DNA of 64,000 nt, taken from positions 10,794,601-10,858,600 of the forward strand of contig NC_068984.1 of the NCBI RefSeq assembly GCF_001194135.2, in the 5' to 3' direction. The DNA comes from Octopus bimaculoides (lineage: Eukaryota). The translations under genes were made by a program, and so were the position numbers. Positions within the stretch are counted from its first letter, which is position 1. Each line of letters starts with the position of its first letter. The notes beneath the pieces were generated by a model that saw only the letters and a program-made list of their open reading frames with translations, was not told where the DNA came from and ran no database searches. Shown in pieces: positions 1-12,335 of the stretch.

Positions 1-811
1 TAGGGTTGATTTGCTCAATTTCAGGCGATGTTCCAGCATGGCCACAGTCAAATGACTGAAACAAGTAAAAAAATAAAAGAAAAGAGAGAGAATAAAAAAA
101 AAACTTGTAGATTTAGCGGTCAAGCATGCCAATAAAATACGCACCAGTTGAGCACTGGGGTCATTCTAATTTACTTACTCGCCCCTTCCCTTTCCCAAAA
201 TTGTTGGCCTTGTTCCAAAGTTTGAAACCAGTATTTAACAACTTATCGATTTCATAGTACTCTTGCTACCAATAAACTATATACCTCTTAGCTGTTCATT
301 GTTAAGTGGACAAAGTTATTGAGAGTTAAGTGTACTTGTCTGAAAGCACAATGCACAACCAGCGACAGACTATAAAACGTCAAGTCTCTTTTTGATAGTT
401 GATAGACATTTTAAGGACTTGCTCACCTGCAATTTTTCATTTTTATCATTTTTATCTTTTGCAGCACAAATCAAGTTTATTTGGAATGTATTTGATTACA
501 ATAGATCCATCTACTTAGTCAGGGACTATGAGACTCTATTCAATGTCTTCCATTATATTTATGCCAAAGCTGGCTCACACTTACCATTACACAGAACTGA
601 AAATAATTGTAGATCTGATTGACTATATATTTTCTTATATTGTACAAGATGCAAATATATAAAGTAGATGGTGACTAACATTATGTGATGTTGATAACCA
701 TTCTTTACAATATTCTTTACATTGGCTAAGTCTAATGGTTACAACTGTGAATTGAAACCCCATTGTACAGCTGCCTTACAAACAGTTTGTTTTTATTATA
801 TTTTTATTTTA

Positions 812-1030
812 AGGTGTCGAGCTGACAGAAACGTTAGTACACCGGGTAAAATGCTTAGTGGTATTTTGTCTGTCTCTATGTTCTGAGTTCAAATTCTGCC
901 AAGGTCGACTTTGCCTTTCGTCCTTTCAGGGTTGATAAATTAAGTAGCAGTTACATACTGGGGTCGATCTAATTGACTGGCTCCACCTCCCCAAAAATTT
1001 CAGGCTTTATGCCTAGAGTATAAAAGATTA
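812..1030 (+). mobile_element. tRNA-derived SINE, family C (Nin-like central domain)
   Basis: A-box-like GCTGACAGAAACGTTAG, B-box GAGTTCAAATTC, core GTCGACTTTGCCTTTCGTCCTTTCAGGGTTGATAAATTAAGTAGCAG. Same family as 7107-7337. Confidence 0.75.
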
Positions 1031-1059
1031 TATTTTTGTTTTGTTATATGTATTCAAAA

Positions 1060-1410
1060 TAGCTAGTTATTCTGGTAGACATTAGAAGTTTGCTTCCCAA
1101 CCACATGGTTCCAGGTTCATGCTACATGGCACCTTGTGACAAGTGTTGTCTTTTATAGCCTCAGGCTGGCCAAACCCTTGTGAGTGGTTTGGTAGACAGA
1201 AACTGAAAGAAGCCTGTTTGTATTTGTGCTCCACCATCACTTGACAACTGATGTTGGTGTGTTTACTTCCCCATAACTTAGTGGTTCAGCAAAAGAGACT
1301 GATAGAATAAATACCAGGTTTTACACAAAAAAAAAAAACGGGGTTGATTTATTTCTTTAAGGTGGTGCGCCAGCATGGCTTCAATCTAATGATAAAAGAT
1401 GAATACCTTA
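1060..1410 (+). mobile_element. tRNA-derived SINE, family B (CORE-like), degraded
   Basis: Colinear with the intact copy at 21249-21655. Confidence 0.7.
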
Positions 1411-1810
1411 AGACATAATAGTATGATAGTACACATACATACATGCTCCAAGATATGTTACTAAATAGGATATGCACCTCAAGGTACATACGGTACCTAA
1501 ATTCTCCATCGACCAATGAAAGGTTGTCTCCTGGGAAGTGTTTCCAACCTTAACTTCAGATTGACTGATAGTTTGTGGGTGAAATTTAATAAGACTGAAA
1601 GTTTTCAGTCATGTCACCTGTCATGCATACAAATCAATTTATATGTTTGTGCATAGGTGTGTCATTTGGCCATATAGCTTGACATGAAACTAAAAATAGA
1701 AATAGTGACACTCCCTAGTCTCTTGCAATCAGAAATGCCATGAACAAGTGATGCATGGGCTATTGGAAACTTGTAGTTAATGACACTATCAGTCACTAAT
1801 TGCAATGCAA

Positions 1811-2183
1811 AATAAACGAGGAGTCAGAGAGTGCAAACCTCTGCCAAAGCAATACCAACGTCCTTTCAATGGTTAGCCAGAGATGATTTTTAAAATGAGA
1901 ATATCTGAAATAAACTTGACTGCTCTCACAAACGAGAATACTAAAAATGAACCTGACCGCGCTCAAAAATCAAGTTAAAAAACAGGAAAAATAATCCAGA
2001 ATCTTTGTCTGGTACCGGATTGATCCCAAAATCTAATCAGTTTCTGTTAGTCACGAGGCCAAATATCCCTGAAGGTTTCATCCAAATTCATCCAGCGGTT
2101 CTTGAGATATCTTGTCCATGGACAGACAAACAAACAAACACAACTGAAAACAATACCGTCACCTTTGCTAAGGCAGAGGTAAT
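1811..2183 (+). mobile_element. Non-autonomous Helentron-type element (HINE/DINE-like)
   Basis: Subterminal inverted repeat ACCTCTGCC (1837-45) / GGCAGAGGT (2172-80). 3' stem-loop ACCTTTGC-TAAG-GCAGAGGT (2161-80). (ACAA)n tract just before the 3' end. Confidence 0.6.
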
Positions 2184-2614
2184 AAATAAATAAATAAATA
2201 AATAAATAAAGAGATGAAAGACAAGGTTGGTTGCAGGATTTGAACTCATAGCACAGGAGCCAGTCAGGCAGACCTGGCATCAACCTCTTTCGGATGGTAC
2301 TTTTTACATTCCACCAGCACGGGAGCCAGTCAGGGGGCACTGGCCTTTGTAGATTTTTTTTTCCCTCTAGATGTAATATATCTTATTACATAATCCAAAG
2401 CAATACTCATCATATTGCTATGACTTGTTTCCAAGTTGTTTACTGAAATAGTAACAAATTAATTAGGTTTAAAGTGGAATACTTCAGAATCACTTCACTT
2501 GTATTCACTAACATAAACTACCTTGTGGTCTGCTCAATCAGGGGTTGATTTGGGGATAAACAACAACTAATCTGTTGTCTATGGTATCTGCTTCAGACTT
2601 AGATGGACTTAACT

Positions 2615-3034
2615 GATATTGAATAAATATGCCAGTGCTTCCTGGCTGCCCCCACCCCCATGCTGGTGGCACATAAAAAGCACTATCCGAATGTGATTGA
2701 TGCCAGGCCTGTCTGGCTGGCTCCTGTGCTGGTGGCACGTAAAAAAGCACCATCTGAATTTGGCCAATGCCAGTGCCCCCTGGCTTGCCTCCATGCCGGT
2801 GGCACATAAAAAGCACTATCTGAATGCGATCAATGCCAGGCTGGCTCCTGTGCGAGCGGAACATAAAAAGCACCCACTACATTCTCAGAGTGGTTGGCGT
2901 TAGGAAGGACATCCAGCTGTAGAAACCTAGCCAGATCAGATTGGAGCCTGGTGCAGCTGCTGGCTCTCCAGAACTCAGTCAAACTGTCCAACCTATGCCA
3001 GCATGGAAAACGGACGTTACACAATGATGATGAT
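2615..3034 (+). mobile_element. RTE-LINE 3' UTR fragment: four VNTR units plus conserved tail and (GAT)n
   Basis: GTGGCAC(A/G)TAAAAAGCAC units about 57-67 bp apart, then the CCACTACA..GGAAGG(G/A)CATCCAGCTGTAGAAAC..CCATGCCAGCATGG tail. Same as the UTR attached to the RTE ORF at 19010-20345. Confidence 0.8.
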
Positions 3035-3239
3035 AAATTGACAACCCTTTAAGTTGCTTCTTTGGTATCTTACCATCATCCCTTAGAATGTAGAAATGAT
3101 CAGCCTAAATAACCTTTTATTTTTTAATTGGTGTAGTCATTTCAGTTGTGGCAATGCTGAGAAAGATTTAAAAGATATTGAAAGATTTAAACAAATTGAT
3201 CCCCTTATACTTATTCTTAAGTATGGTACGCAGTCAGTT

Positions 3240-3745
3240 GGTCACTTTTGCCAAACCACCAAGTTATAGGAACATAAACAAACCAACACAGGTTGTTGAT
3301 TACTGGACAAACACAGAGATAAAAAATATATATATAAAGAGATAATATATGCTGGTGGCACATAAAAAGCACCCACTACACTCATGGAGTGGTTGGCGTA
3401 AGGAAGGGCATCCAGATGTAGAAACCTTACCAAATCAGATTGGAGCCTGGTGTAGCCTCCCAGCTTGTCAGACCTCAGTCAAACCGTCCAACCCATGCCA
3501 GCATGGAAAGTGGATTTTAAACAATGATGATGATATGTATGTATGTATGTATGTATACACCCCCACACACACACAGAAATGACAGGCTTCCACAGTTTCC
3601 ATTTACCAAATTCACTCACAAGGCATCGGATATCCTAAGGCTATCATAGAAGATACTTACCCAAGGTGTTGCACAGTGAGTTTGAACCTCCAGCCTTATG
3701 GTTGCAAAGCAAGCTTCTTAACCACACAGCTATCCTTGCACCTAC
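3240..3745 (-). mobile_element. Family B SINE interrupted in its internal microsatellite by an opposite-orientation RTE tail (3350-3535)
   Basis: SINE halves at 3240-3330 and 3585-3745 flank a + strand tail copy. Confidence 0.7.
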
Positions 3746-4625
3746 AGGAATGAAAGATATAATAAAATATTTTTTCCAATTTCTTCCAAATCACTGCATT
3801 TATGTAATAAATAATTAACATTAAGCATATTAATACTTCTCTCTGTATCCTTTACTTGTTCATGTCTAGCACCTAGCTGCCATAGGGGCCTATTATTTCT
3901 CCACCTCTGAAAATACAATGAACAACATAAAATCAACAGTAATTATTTTGTATTACTAATTTAATTTCAAATCCTATCTGCCACAATGAAACAGTAATGT
4001 TTGTGTAGATGGTGTTCGACTTCCAGACACACTAAATTGATTATGTTGTGTTTTAAATATTTATTTATTTATTTAACGAGCTATCAGCCAAGGCAACATT
4101 AGATGGCATATTGAAGAAATAACCCGCATCCCCCTGATATGTGTTAAAAAGCTAGAGGCTTGTTCTCAGTCAAATTCATTAAGAAAAGAAAATTAGGTGA
4201 TAATATTGCTTTAAAGTATGAGAGAAGGGAGACAGATGGGGTGGAGTAGAGAAAGACACAAACACAAACTAGGGAAGAGAAGCAATGACTAGTTCTATCA
4301 TAAGTCAAAGATAGCAAAAGACAAAAAGTAAATTAATGTTTTGGTAATTAAATTCTCCAAGTCATAAGCTAAGAATTCCTGAGGAGATATTTTTTTGGTG
4401 AATCTTCTACTTTTAAGAATTCTCCTTCAAATGACTCAAGATTATAGCAAAGTTTATGTTTAGTAAACAGAAGTGAAGTGGTGATTGTCGAGTGTTTCAC
4501 TTTAAATCTAATTAATTTGTTGCTGTTTCTATATATATTACTGTTAAATAACTACGTTGTGTATACATATAGATGTATATGGATGTGTGTATGTGTTATT
4601 ACACACACACACACACACGTGTGTG

Positions 4626-4657
<32 letters not shown>

Positions 4658-5174
4658 ATATAATCTTAATAGCAAATCAGTTTATAATTGAGAAACCACA
4701 CACTTATGTATAAATAAACATAGCTGTGGACAGAGCTTCTAATATATACCTTGTCACCTGGACAAAGTTTCTAATATACACTCAGGCACCCAATTTAAGT
4801 CCAGAAAAAAAAGCAATGTAAGCTATATATGCACCTAAGTGATGTCTAACTTTATAACACCACTTGAAGTCCTTTTAGGCTTCTTACCATCCATGAATGT
4901 CACTGTTAACTTTTCTGCTCTTTTCTTGTTTATGGCGCTTCCATGATTTTTAACTTTACATTTACTGTGTCTTCTGCATGTATTTTTGGTTATTATTACC
5001 GTAGTTCTTTACTTGCAGTACAGCTGCTTTAAATTGTTTCTTTTACCCTTTTTTTTTTTTTTTGCTTGTCCAACCCATGCTAGCATGGAAAGCGGATGTT
5101 AATCGATGATGATGATGAAAGTTGTGGTGCATCTGCGCACTGTATGTTATACACATGTTAGAATTTTCATTGTT

Positions 5175-5453
5175 ATGAATGGAGTGAGGTGGTATGGGCA
5201 TGTATTGAGGAGGGATGAAGGGCATGTTCCGAAGAGGGCATGTTTTGGGGTAAATGGTGTGCAAATGCGAGGTAGACTGAGGAAAAAGTGAAGAGGGAGA
5301 TTGGGAGGGTTGGTTTGAAAAAAGAGAACACCAAAAGCCAGGTGAGATGGTGTGAGGGCGGTTGCTATGGCATTGAAGTAGATCTGGCCATCCCCGTTAA
5401 CGGGGACAAAACCTGGATTTAAAACACTGGATGATGATGATGATGATGATGAT
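5175..5453 (+). mobile_element. 3' end of a second RTE-clade LINE family
   Basis: Translation RWYGHVLRRDEGHVPKRA..RGR is the RTE ORF C-terminal motif RW.GHV.R. It ends in CCCCGTTAACGGGGACAAAACC..(GAT)n, a tail different from family 1. Confidence 0.75.
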
Positions 5454-5714
5454 TTTGCTTAGTAACATTTCATGTCTTTACATTCTAGGTTCAAATTCTT
5501 ATTTCTTTATTGCCCACAAGCAGTTCGGCAAAAGGGATGGATAGAACAAGTAGTAGACTTACAAGGAATAAGTCCTCAGGTCGATTTGTTCGACTATAGG
5601 CGACGCTCCAGTATGGCTGCAGTCAGATGACTGAAACAAGGAAAAGAATAAAAGAATAAAGGAATATATGTAGGCTGATATATGCACACACACACTTGTA
5701 TACATATATCAGCA

Positions 5715-6130
5715 CAGGCATGGCTGTGTAGTTAACAAGTTTGTTTCCAACCATATGGTTTAGGGTCAAGTGTCTTCTAGTATGGCCTTGGGCCAACCAA
5801 AGCCTTGTGAGTGGATTTGGTAGAGAGAAACTGAAAAAAAAATAACTTATTGTTTGTGTGTGTGCGTTTAGGGAACAGTTTTATGGTCTCCTTGTCTTGG
5901 TGTTGCCTGGTTGTTGCAAATAAGTGTCTTTATCATTCAGGCAGTGTTCTTCACCTTCAGTCTTCCATGGAAATCATTTCTGGTCATGGAGGAAGTATTA
6001 CATTGTTTGGAAACAAGTGAGGGATGACAACAGGAAGGGTGTCCAGTTGTAGAAAATCTGCCTTAATGAATTCCATCTAACCCGCGCAAGCATGGAAAAG
6101 GAACATTAAAGCTATGATGTTGATGATGAT
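5715..6130 (+). mobile_element. Family B head with an alternative body ending in an RTE-type tail (B2 SINE)
   Basis: B head and CORE-like segment, then ..GGAAGGGTGTCCAGTTGTAGAAAATCTGCC..GCAAGCATGGAAAAG..(GAT)n. Similar copies or parts at about 10400-10870, 25905-26130 (-), 36640-36800 and 44910-45150. Confidence 0.65.
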
Positions 6131-6777
6131 AATAACGATGTTGGTTTTGAAAAGAATGCCAATTTACATAATCACCATTTTCCTAATTCTACTCTAAAAG
6201 CAGCATCATTGGCCATTATTGATGAATTTCCTTGAAATATTACTGGCCAAATCCTTTATTCCTGTCTGTTTTAATTATGGAGGTCAAAGGTTTGATTTGT
6301 CTTGATCTTTTTATTCCTTGTCTTTACCACAATCCTTCAATCCATAAAATTTATTTGTTCTTAAATCCCTTTGTTATCATTTTCTCATGCCTCTTCATTC
6401 CTGTCACTTCTGTTTAACTCCAAATCAGCCACAAACAAGCCAACCAGGAGTTCAATTCTAGCCATTGACTATACCAGCTTTCTTTATGATTTATTTTATT
6501 TTCCATATAGAGTGTATTTAGAATTACATTATCCAGTGGATCCTTCAATTTTGAAGACATCAGAATGTAATTTAAAGGAGATTTAACTGTTATTTCTATT
6601 GGACTATGTGACTACATGGAAGCAATATGTGATAGAATAAGGAAGTAATATCTTTAATTTCTAACATATAACAATTTTCTCATAGCTTATCATTCTTGTT
6701 GTTTAGCTCTGGATTAGACATAATCAAGTATAAACTAACCAATGGGTCTGTCACATTTTAAATCATTAGGGCAATAT

Positions 6778-7065
6778 GAAGGCTTGGGGCCTAGTGGTTA
6801 GGGTGTTGTACTCCCAATCAGATGATCATAGTTTCAATTTCTGGACCAGGTGATGCATCGTGTTCTTGAGCAAAACACTTCATTTCACATTGTCCCCAGT
6901 CCACTAAGCTATAAATGAGTTCCAGCAATAGCTGCAAAGTTAAATCTGCAATGGACTGGCATTCTATCCAGGGTGGTGGGTGGTGATGGGTAGCTGCTGT
7001 AATCTCACTCATTTAACTGCTATGGAAATCATGCCAAGCTCCCAACATTTTGAGTTCTAGGGCTT
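6778..7065 (+). mobile_element. tRNA-derived SINE, family D head with V-domain-like body
   Basis: A box GGCCTAGTGGTTAGG, B box GTTTCAATTTC, TGTTCTTGAGCAAAACACTT segment, then CTGCAATGGACTGGCATTCTATCCAGGGTG. Confidence 0.6.
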
Positions 7066-7106
7066 TTGACTAAGTCAAAATATGTAATTTAAAGGTTTAA
7101 TGGAGG

Positions 7107-7337
7107 TTTCTTTATTGCCCACAAGGGGCTAAACATAGAGGGGACAAACAAGGACAGACAAAGGGATTAAGTCGATTACATCGACCCCAGTGCGTAACTG
7201 GTACTTAATTTATCAACCCCGAAAGGATGAAAGGCAAAGTCGACCTCGGCGGAATTTGAACTCAGAACATAACGGCAGACGACATACCACTAAGCATTTC
7301 GCCCGGCGTGCTAACGATTCTGCCAGCTCGCCACCTT
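7107..7337 (-). mobile_element. Near-intact family C SINE
   Basis: Full head, core and tail with CpGs retained. Other copies or parts at about 23865-24080, 30845-31275 (x2), 32745-32882, 38985-39170, 41815-42690 (x4), 45633-45715, 46470-46760, 60850-61010 and 62270-62420. Confidence 0.85.
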
Positions 7338-8003
7338 AATTTACCTACTATTTCTGGCACGCAGTGTGACTGCATATAAGATATAATAGAACATAGAAAG
7401 TAATATCTTTAATCACCAACCGTATAAAGATCCAAAAGTGAACATTCAAAGTTAGAAAAAAAATAAAGACTATCTTTGTATGAAATTTAAATGATCATTA
7501 ATGTTTATGTTCTTTATGTTTAAATTGAATATTTTCACACACTTTTTACAGAAGTCAAATTGCATTTATATAAAGAAGTAATTTTCTGGAAAATATTCCA
7601 AAGACTTTTGAATATTATCAATGTCTTAACGGTGCTTTATTAGAACCATTCAAAGAATTTAGATTTAAGACTTTCCTTCTATTTCCGCTTATACATGAAT
7701 ACTAAAAGTAAGGTGTTTTCTTGACAATTTTTGTACTTTTCCTTTGGTTCTTTGATCTAATCTGAAAATGATGATTCTTATTGAATTAACCAAAATTGTT
7801 TACCCCAGTTCTTTCTATTCCCCTTCTAATTTCCTTAGAGTCTCTCCCCACTCCTTTTTTTGTCTGGTCCCCAAATTCTCTATATCTATTTCTAAGCAAA
7901 CTTTCTTGTTCTTTATCTTTTCACTGTTCCTTGCTATTTTGTCATTTCAAAATTTATTACCTACTTTCACTTTCCTCACACTATTCCTCCTCCTCCTCCC
8001 TCC

Positions 8004-8047
<44 letters not shown>

Positions 8048-8382
8048 NNNNNNNNNNNNNNNNNNNNNNNNNNNNNNNNNNNNNNNNNNNNNNNNNNNNN
8101 NNNNNNNNNNNNNNNNNNNNNNNNNNNNNNNNNNNNNNNNNNNNNNNNNNNNNNNNNNNNNNNNNNNNNNNNNNNNNNNNNNNNNNNNNNNNNNNNNNNN
8201 NNNNNNNNNNNNNNNNNNNNNNNNNNNNNNNNNNNNNNNNNNNNNNNNNNNNNNNNNNNNNNNNNNNNNNNNNNNNNNNNNNNNNNNNNNNNNNNNNNNN
8301 NNNNNNNNNNNNNNNNNCAAGTAGTTAGCATGAAAAAACCTCATAAGGGAAAAATTTATTAATTATTCCCTATAAATATATT

Positions 8383-8464
8383 TATTTATATAAGGGCATT
8401 ACTATACATAAATGCAAACTCCTATTGTGAGGCATTTATGTATAGTAATGCCCTTATATAAATA
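8383..8464. repeat. Perfect 33-bp inverted repeat with a 16-nt spacer
   Basis: 8383-8415 TATTTATATAAGGGCATTACTATACATAAATGC is the exact reverse complement of 8432-8464. Confidence 0.95.
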
Positions 8465-8964
8465 TATATATATATATGTAATATAAATAATATATAAATA
8501 TATGCATATATACATACATATATGTACATACCTACATATATATGTATATATACATGCATATATAGGTACAGGACATCAAAAAAACATAGATAAAATGAGA
8601 AACAAAAACATAGAAAACAAACTTTTTTCAAACAACGAAAAAACAAACAAATTGAGAAACGAGACAGACAATATAAAGAACATTCCCTTCATCAGTTGTC
8701 CCCTGTTTTATCCACTCTGCATTTTGAAGGTAAGGACAAGACGTGACTTCATTAAAACAGTTCTTCCTGCAAAGCAAATTAAATAAAATTTGGGATTTTT
8801 TGTGGAGGGTGAAAGTGGTAACAAAAACAGGACAGTGAGAACAAGACAGTAAAAACAAATGGTGAGGGTTGTTAAGCCAAGATGAGGTGAAGTGGTGATC
8901 GCTGGAAAAATGAGCTTTGAGCAGAGAGGGGCAAAAACACGTCTTGTCTTTAGGAAGGAAGTGG

Positions 8965-9009
<45 letters not shown>

Positions 9010-9100
9010 NNNNNNNNNNNNNNNNNNNNNNNNNNNNNNNNNNNNNNNNNNNNNNNNNNNNNNNNNNNNNNNNNNNNNNNNNNNNNNNNNNNNNNNNNAT

Positions 9101-9310
<210 letters not shown>

Positions 9311-9947
9311 TGATATCACTGTTTTCTTGTTGGCATCACTTGTTGTTACGTTCCTCTACATTCTGAATTCTGAGGTCAAATCCCGAAGGATGAGAAGCCA
9401 TGTTAGAAGTCTGTGGAACTTCTAAAATCAAATATTACAGATATCGAAAGCATTATGTTTGTAAAATAATTTTGCATATATTCACAAATTAGTCATCTCT
9501 CTTTACATGTGTGTGTATGTGTGTGTGTGATCATCATCCTCATCATTTAGCATTTACCATGCTGGCATGGGTTAGACAGTTCAACTGGAACTGGCAGGCC
9601 AGAGAGCTGCATCAGATTCCAGTCTAGTTTGGCTTGGTTTCTATGGCTAGATGCTCTTCCTAATGCCAACCACTCCAAGAGTATAGTGGGTGCCTTTTAC
9701 ATGTCACCAGCACTGGCCACGACTATGATTTCATTTAGCTTTATGTGTCTTCTCAAGCGCAGTAAATTGCCAAATGTATGTATGTATGTATGTACATACG
9801 TACATATATATATGTAGGACACTCCGTAAAGTGGTTGGTATTAGAAAGAGCACCTGACCATAGAGACCAAGCTAAATAAGACTGGAACATTGGTGAGGCT
9901 CTCCAGCTTGCCAGTTCTGGTTAAACTGTCTATGATGATGATGATGA

Positions 9948-10007
<60 letters not shown>

Positions 10008-10009
10008 GT

Positions 10010-10400
10010 ATATATCGTGTCGGTGGCACATAAAAAGCACCATTCGATCATGGTCGATGCCAGTGTTGGTTGACTGGCTCCTGTGCCAGTGACACATAAA
10101 AAGCACCATTCAAGCATGGTCGTTGCCAGTGCCCACTGACTGGCTCCTGTGCCAGTGGAATGTAAAAAGCACCATTCATGTGTGGTTGATGCCAATACCA
10201 CCTGACTAGCTCTCATGCCGGTGGCATGTAAAAAGCACCCACTACACTCTCAGAGTGGATGGTGTTAAGAAGGGCATCCAGCTGTAGAAACCTTACCAGA
10301 TCAGATTGGAGTCTGGTGCAGCCTTCTGGCTTGCCAGCCTTCAGTCAAACGGTCCAACCCATGCCAGCATGGAAAATGGACGTTAAATGATGATGATGAT
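10010..10400 (+). mobile_element. RTE 3' UTR fragment with four units at 66-bp period plus tail
   Basis: AAAAAGCACC starts at 10032, 10098, 10164 and 10230, followed by the standard tail and (GAT)n. Confidence 0.85.
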
Positions 10401-11489
10401 ATGCAAGACTAGATAAGCAGTTTTTTTCACAACCACATGGCTTCAGGTTCAGTCTCACTGCATGGTACCTAAGACAAGTGTCTTCTATTATAGCCCCGGC
10501 ATGACCAATGCCTTATAAGTGATTTCAGTTGATGGAGATTGAAAAAGAAGCCTTTTATGTGTGTGTGTTGCAGGGGTTGGGGTATCTCTTTATTTTGACA
10601 TGAAACGATTATGGTAATCAAACTTCACTGGCAGATAAGCACTGGTGTTTGATTGTAGTCTTCCACGTAAAAATATGTCTGAAATAGGGGAAAATATTAC
10701 TTTCCTTGAAGACAGGTAATGGTTGCCCTAGGAAGGGCATCCAGATCTAGCAACCATGCCAAAGCAGACACTGAAACATGATGCTGTTACTTGGATCGGT
10801 CAGATCCTGTCAAACCATCCTACCCATGCCAGCATGGAACATGGACATAAAATAATGATGATGATGATTATATTAGCAGACATCTAACAAAATGGTTAAT
10901 GTAGTCCAAGACCATACTGATACATGGAATGCTCTTTATGTAGAGACTATGTTTATCAGTATTTGATTAGCAATTCATATGCCATAAGTTTTCTTAGTCA
11001 CTGCTAATTGGAGTTAATTAACTCTGCTAACATTCGTATTATCCATCTTATCAATTCAAACATCATACTATCACAATTATCATGCTGCATATTATGTCAT
11101 CATGACATCAGGCCACCACAATACCACAGGGGTCAACACACAACCACAGTTATCTTACATCTCCCATAATTGTACCACATGGTGGTATCATACCACCACT
11201 GATGTCATTATACGTTGTCACATCATCACCACCAACACCACCATCACTGCCCCCATCATCACCACCATCACTAAACTATGGTCGTTGTACCACTGTGCAA
11301 CTGCTGTCATCAAATTGATTAGGAACCTTTTTGAACTTGCTAGAATTAACGGCTAAATTATTCACCAAATCACACTGTCTAAAAATGTATTGGAAAAAAA
11401 TCTCAATGAACTGACTGTAGCCACCAGTTCCTGTCAAGTCGTCCAACCCATGCCAGCACAAAAAACAGACGTTAAAGGTAATAACAATG

Positions 11490-11499
11490 AGATCTATAT

Positions 11500-11533
<34 letters not shown>

Positions 11534-11583
11534 ATACATATATATATACATACATATATATATATATACATGCATATATATAA

Positions 11584-11656
<73 letters not shown>

Positions 11657-11806
11657 CATACATATATATATATATACATATATATATACATACATACATA
11701 TATATATATTACACATATACACACACACACACATATATATAATATATATATACATATATATATATATACATATACATACACACACACACACACCACACAC
11801 ACACAC

Positions 11807-11873
<67 letters not shown>

Positions 11874-12070
11874 ATATATATATATATATATANNNNNNNN
11901 NNNNNNNNNNNNNNNNNNNNNNNNNNNNNNNNNNNNNNNNNNNNNNNNNNNNNNNNNNNNNNNNNNNNNNNNNNNNNNNNNNNNNNNNNNNNNNNNNNNN
12001 NNNNAATATATATATACATATATATATATATACATATACATACACACACACACACACCACACACACACAC

Positions 12071-12139
<69 letters not shown>

Positions 12140-12152
12140 ATATATATATATG
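11490..12152. repeat. Compound (TA)n/(TACA)n/(CA)n microsatellite spanning a gap (11893-12004)
   Basis: Direct reading. This tract is the source of several artefactual ORFs. Confidence 0.95.
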
Positions 12153-12154
12153 AA

Positions 12155-12335
12155 CACTATTCAATTTTTTTTCTCCGTGTTTTTCTCCTTGTCTCCGTAT
12201 TCTTTCTGTTGAAGAGCGTAGCTCGAAACGTCAAAGACTTTCCGTATTCCCGAGCGTCATACTAATATATACTTTTGTTATTTACACCATCTGTCCTCAT
12301 CTGTTGTTATTATTTGTACATTCTCCCATATTTAA
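12155..12335 (+). mobile_element. Penelope-like terminal-repeat fragment carrying a hammerhead-like motif
   Basis: Colinear with 54560-54735, which lies downstream of a GIY-YIG-like C-terminus, and with the degraded copy at 21050-21245. Confidence 0.6.
12201..12237 (+). ncRNA. Candidate minimal type I hammerhead-like RNA motif (non-canonical core)
   Basis: Stem I UCUUU/AAAGA, core CUGUUGAA, stem II GAGC-GUA-GCUC, then GAAA and C-GUC. Predicted cleavage site after 12232. Activity is untested. Confidence 0.45.

Noticed and set aside
585-596. Minus-strand 12-nt microexon candidate (ttttcAG | TTCTGTGTAATG | GTAAGT)
   Set aside because: Isolated, with no recognisable antisense gene. A few such acceptor/donor pairs are expected by chance in this much AT-rich DNA.
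8655-8725. Minus-strand GACAA-CUGAUGA-AGGGAAU/GUUCUUU-AUA-UUGUC, half of a hammerhead
   Set aside because: It lacks GAAA, stem III and an NUH site, so it cannot form the catalytic core.
10020-10245. Regularly spaced 66-bp repeats with a palindromic core, superficially CRISPR-like
   Set aside because: The 'spacers' are homologous to each other, the units are degenerate and attached to an RTE LINE tail, the context is a spliceosomal intron, and there are no cas genes.
11750-12152. About 145-bp microsatellite block repeated identically on both sides of the gap
   Set aside because: Typical unmerged contig overlap, so most likely an assembly artefact.
11276-12265. Long ORFs of 200-360 aa here and at 50498-51529 and 57054-58163
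   Set aside because: These are translations of (TA)n/(CA)n microsatellites and N-runs, which contain no stop codons.
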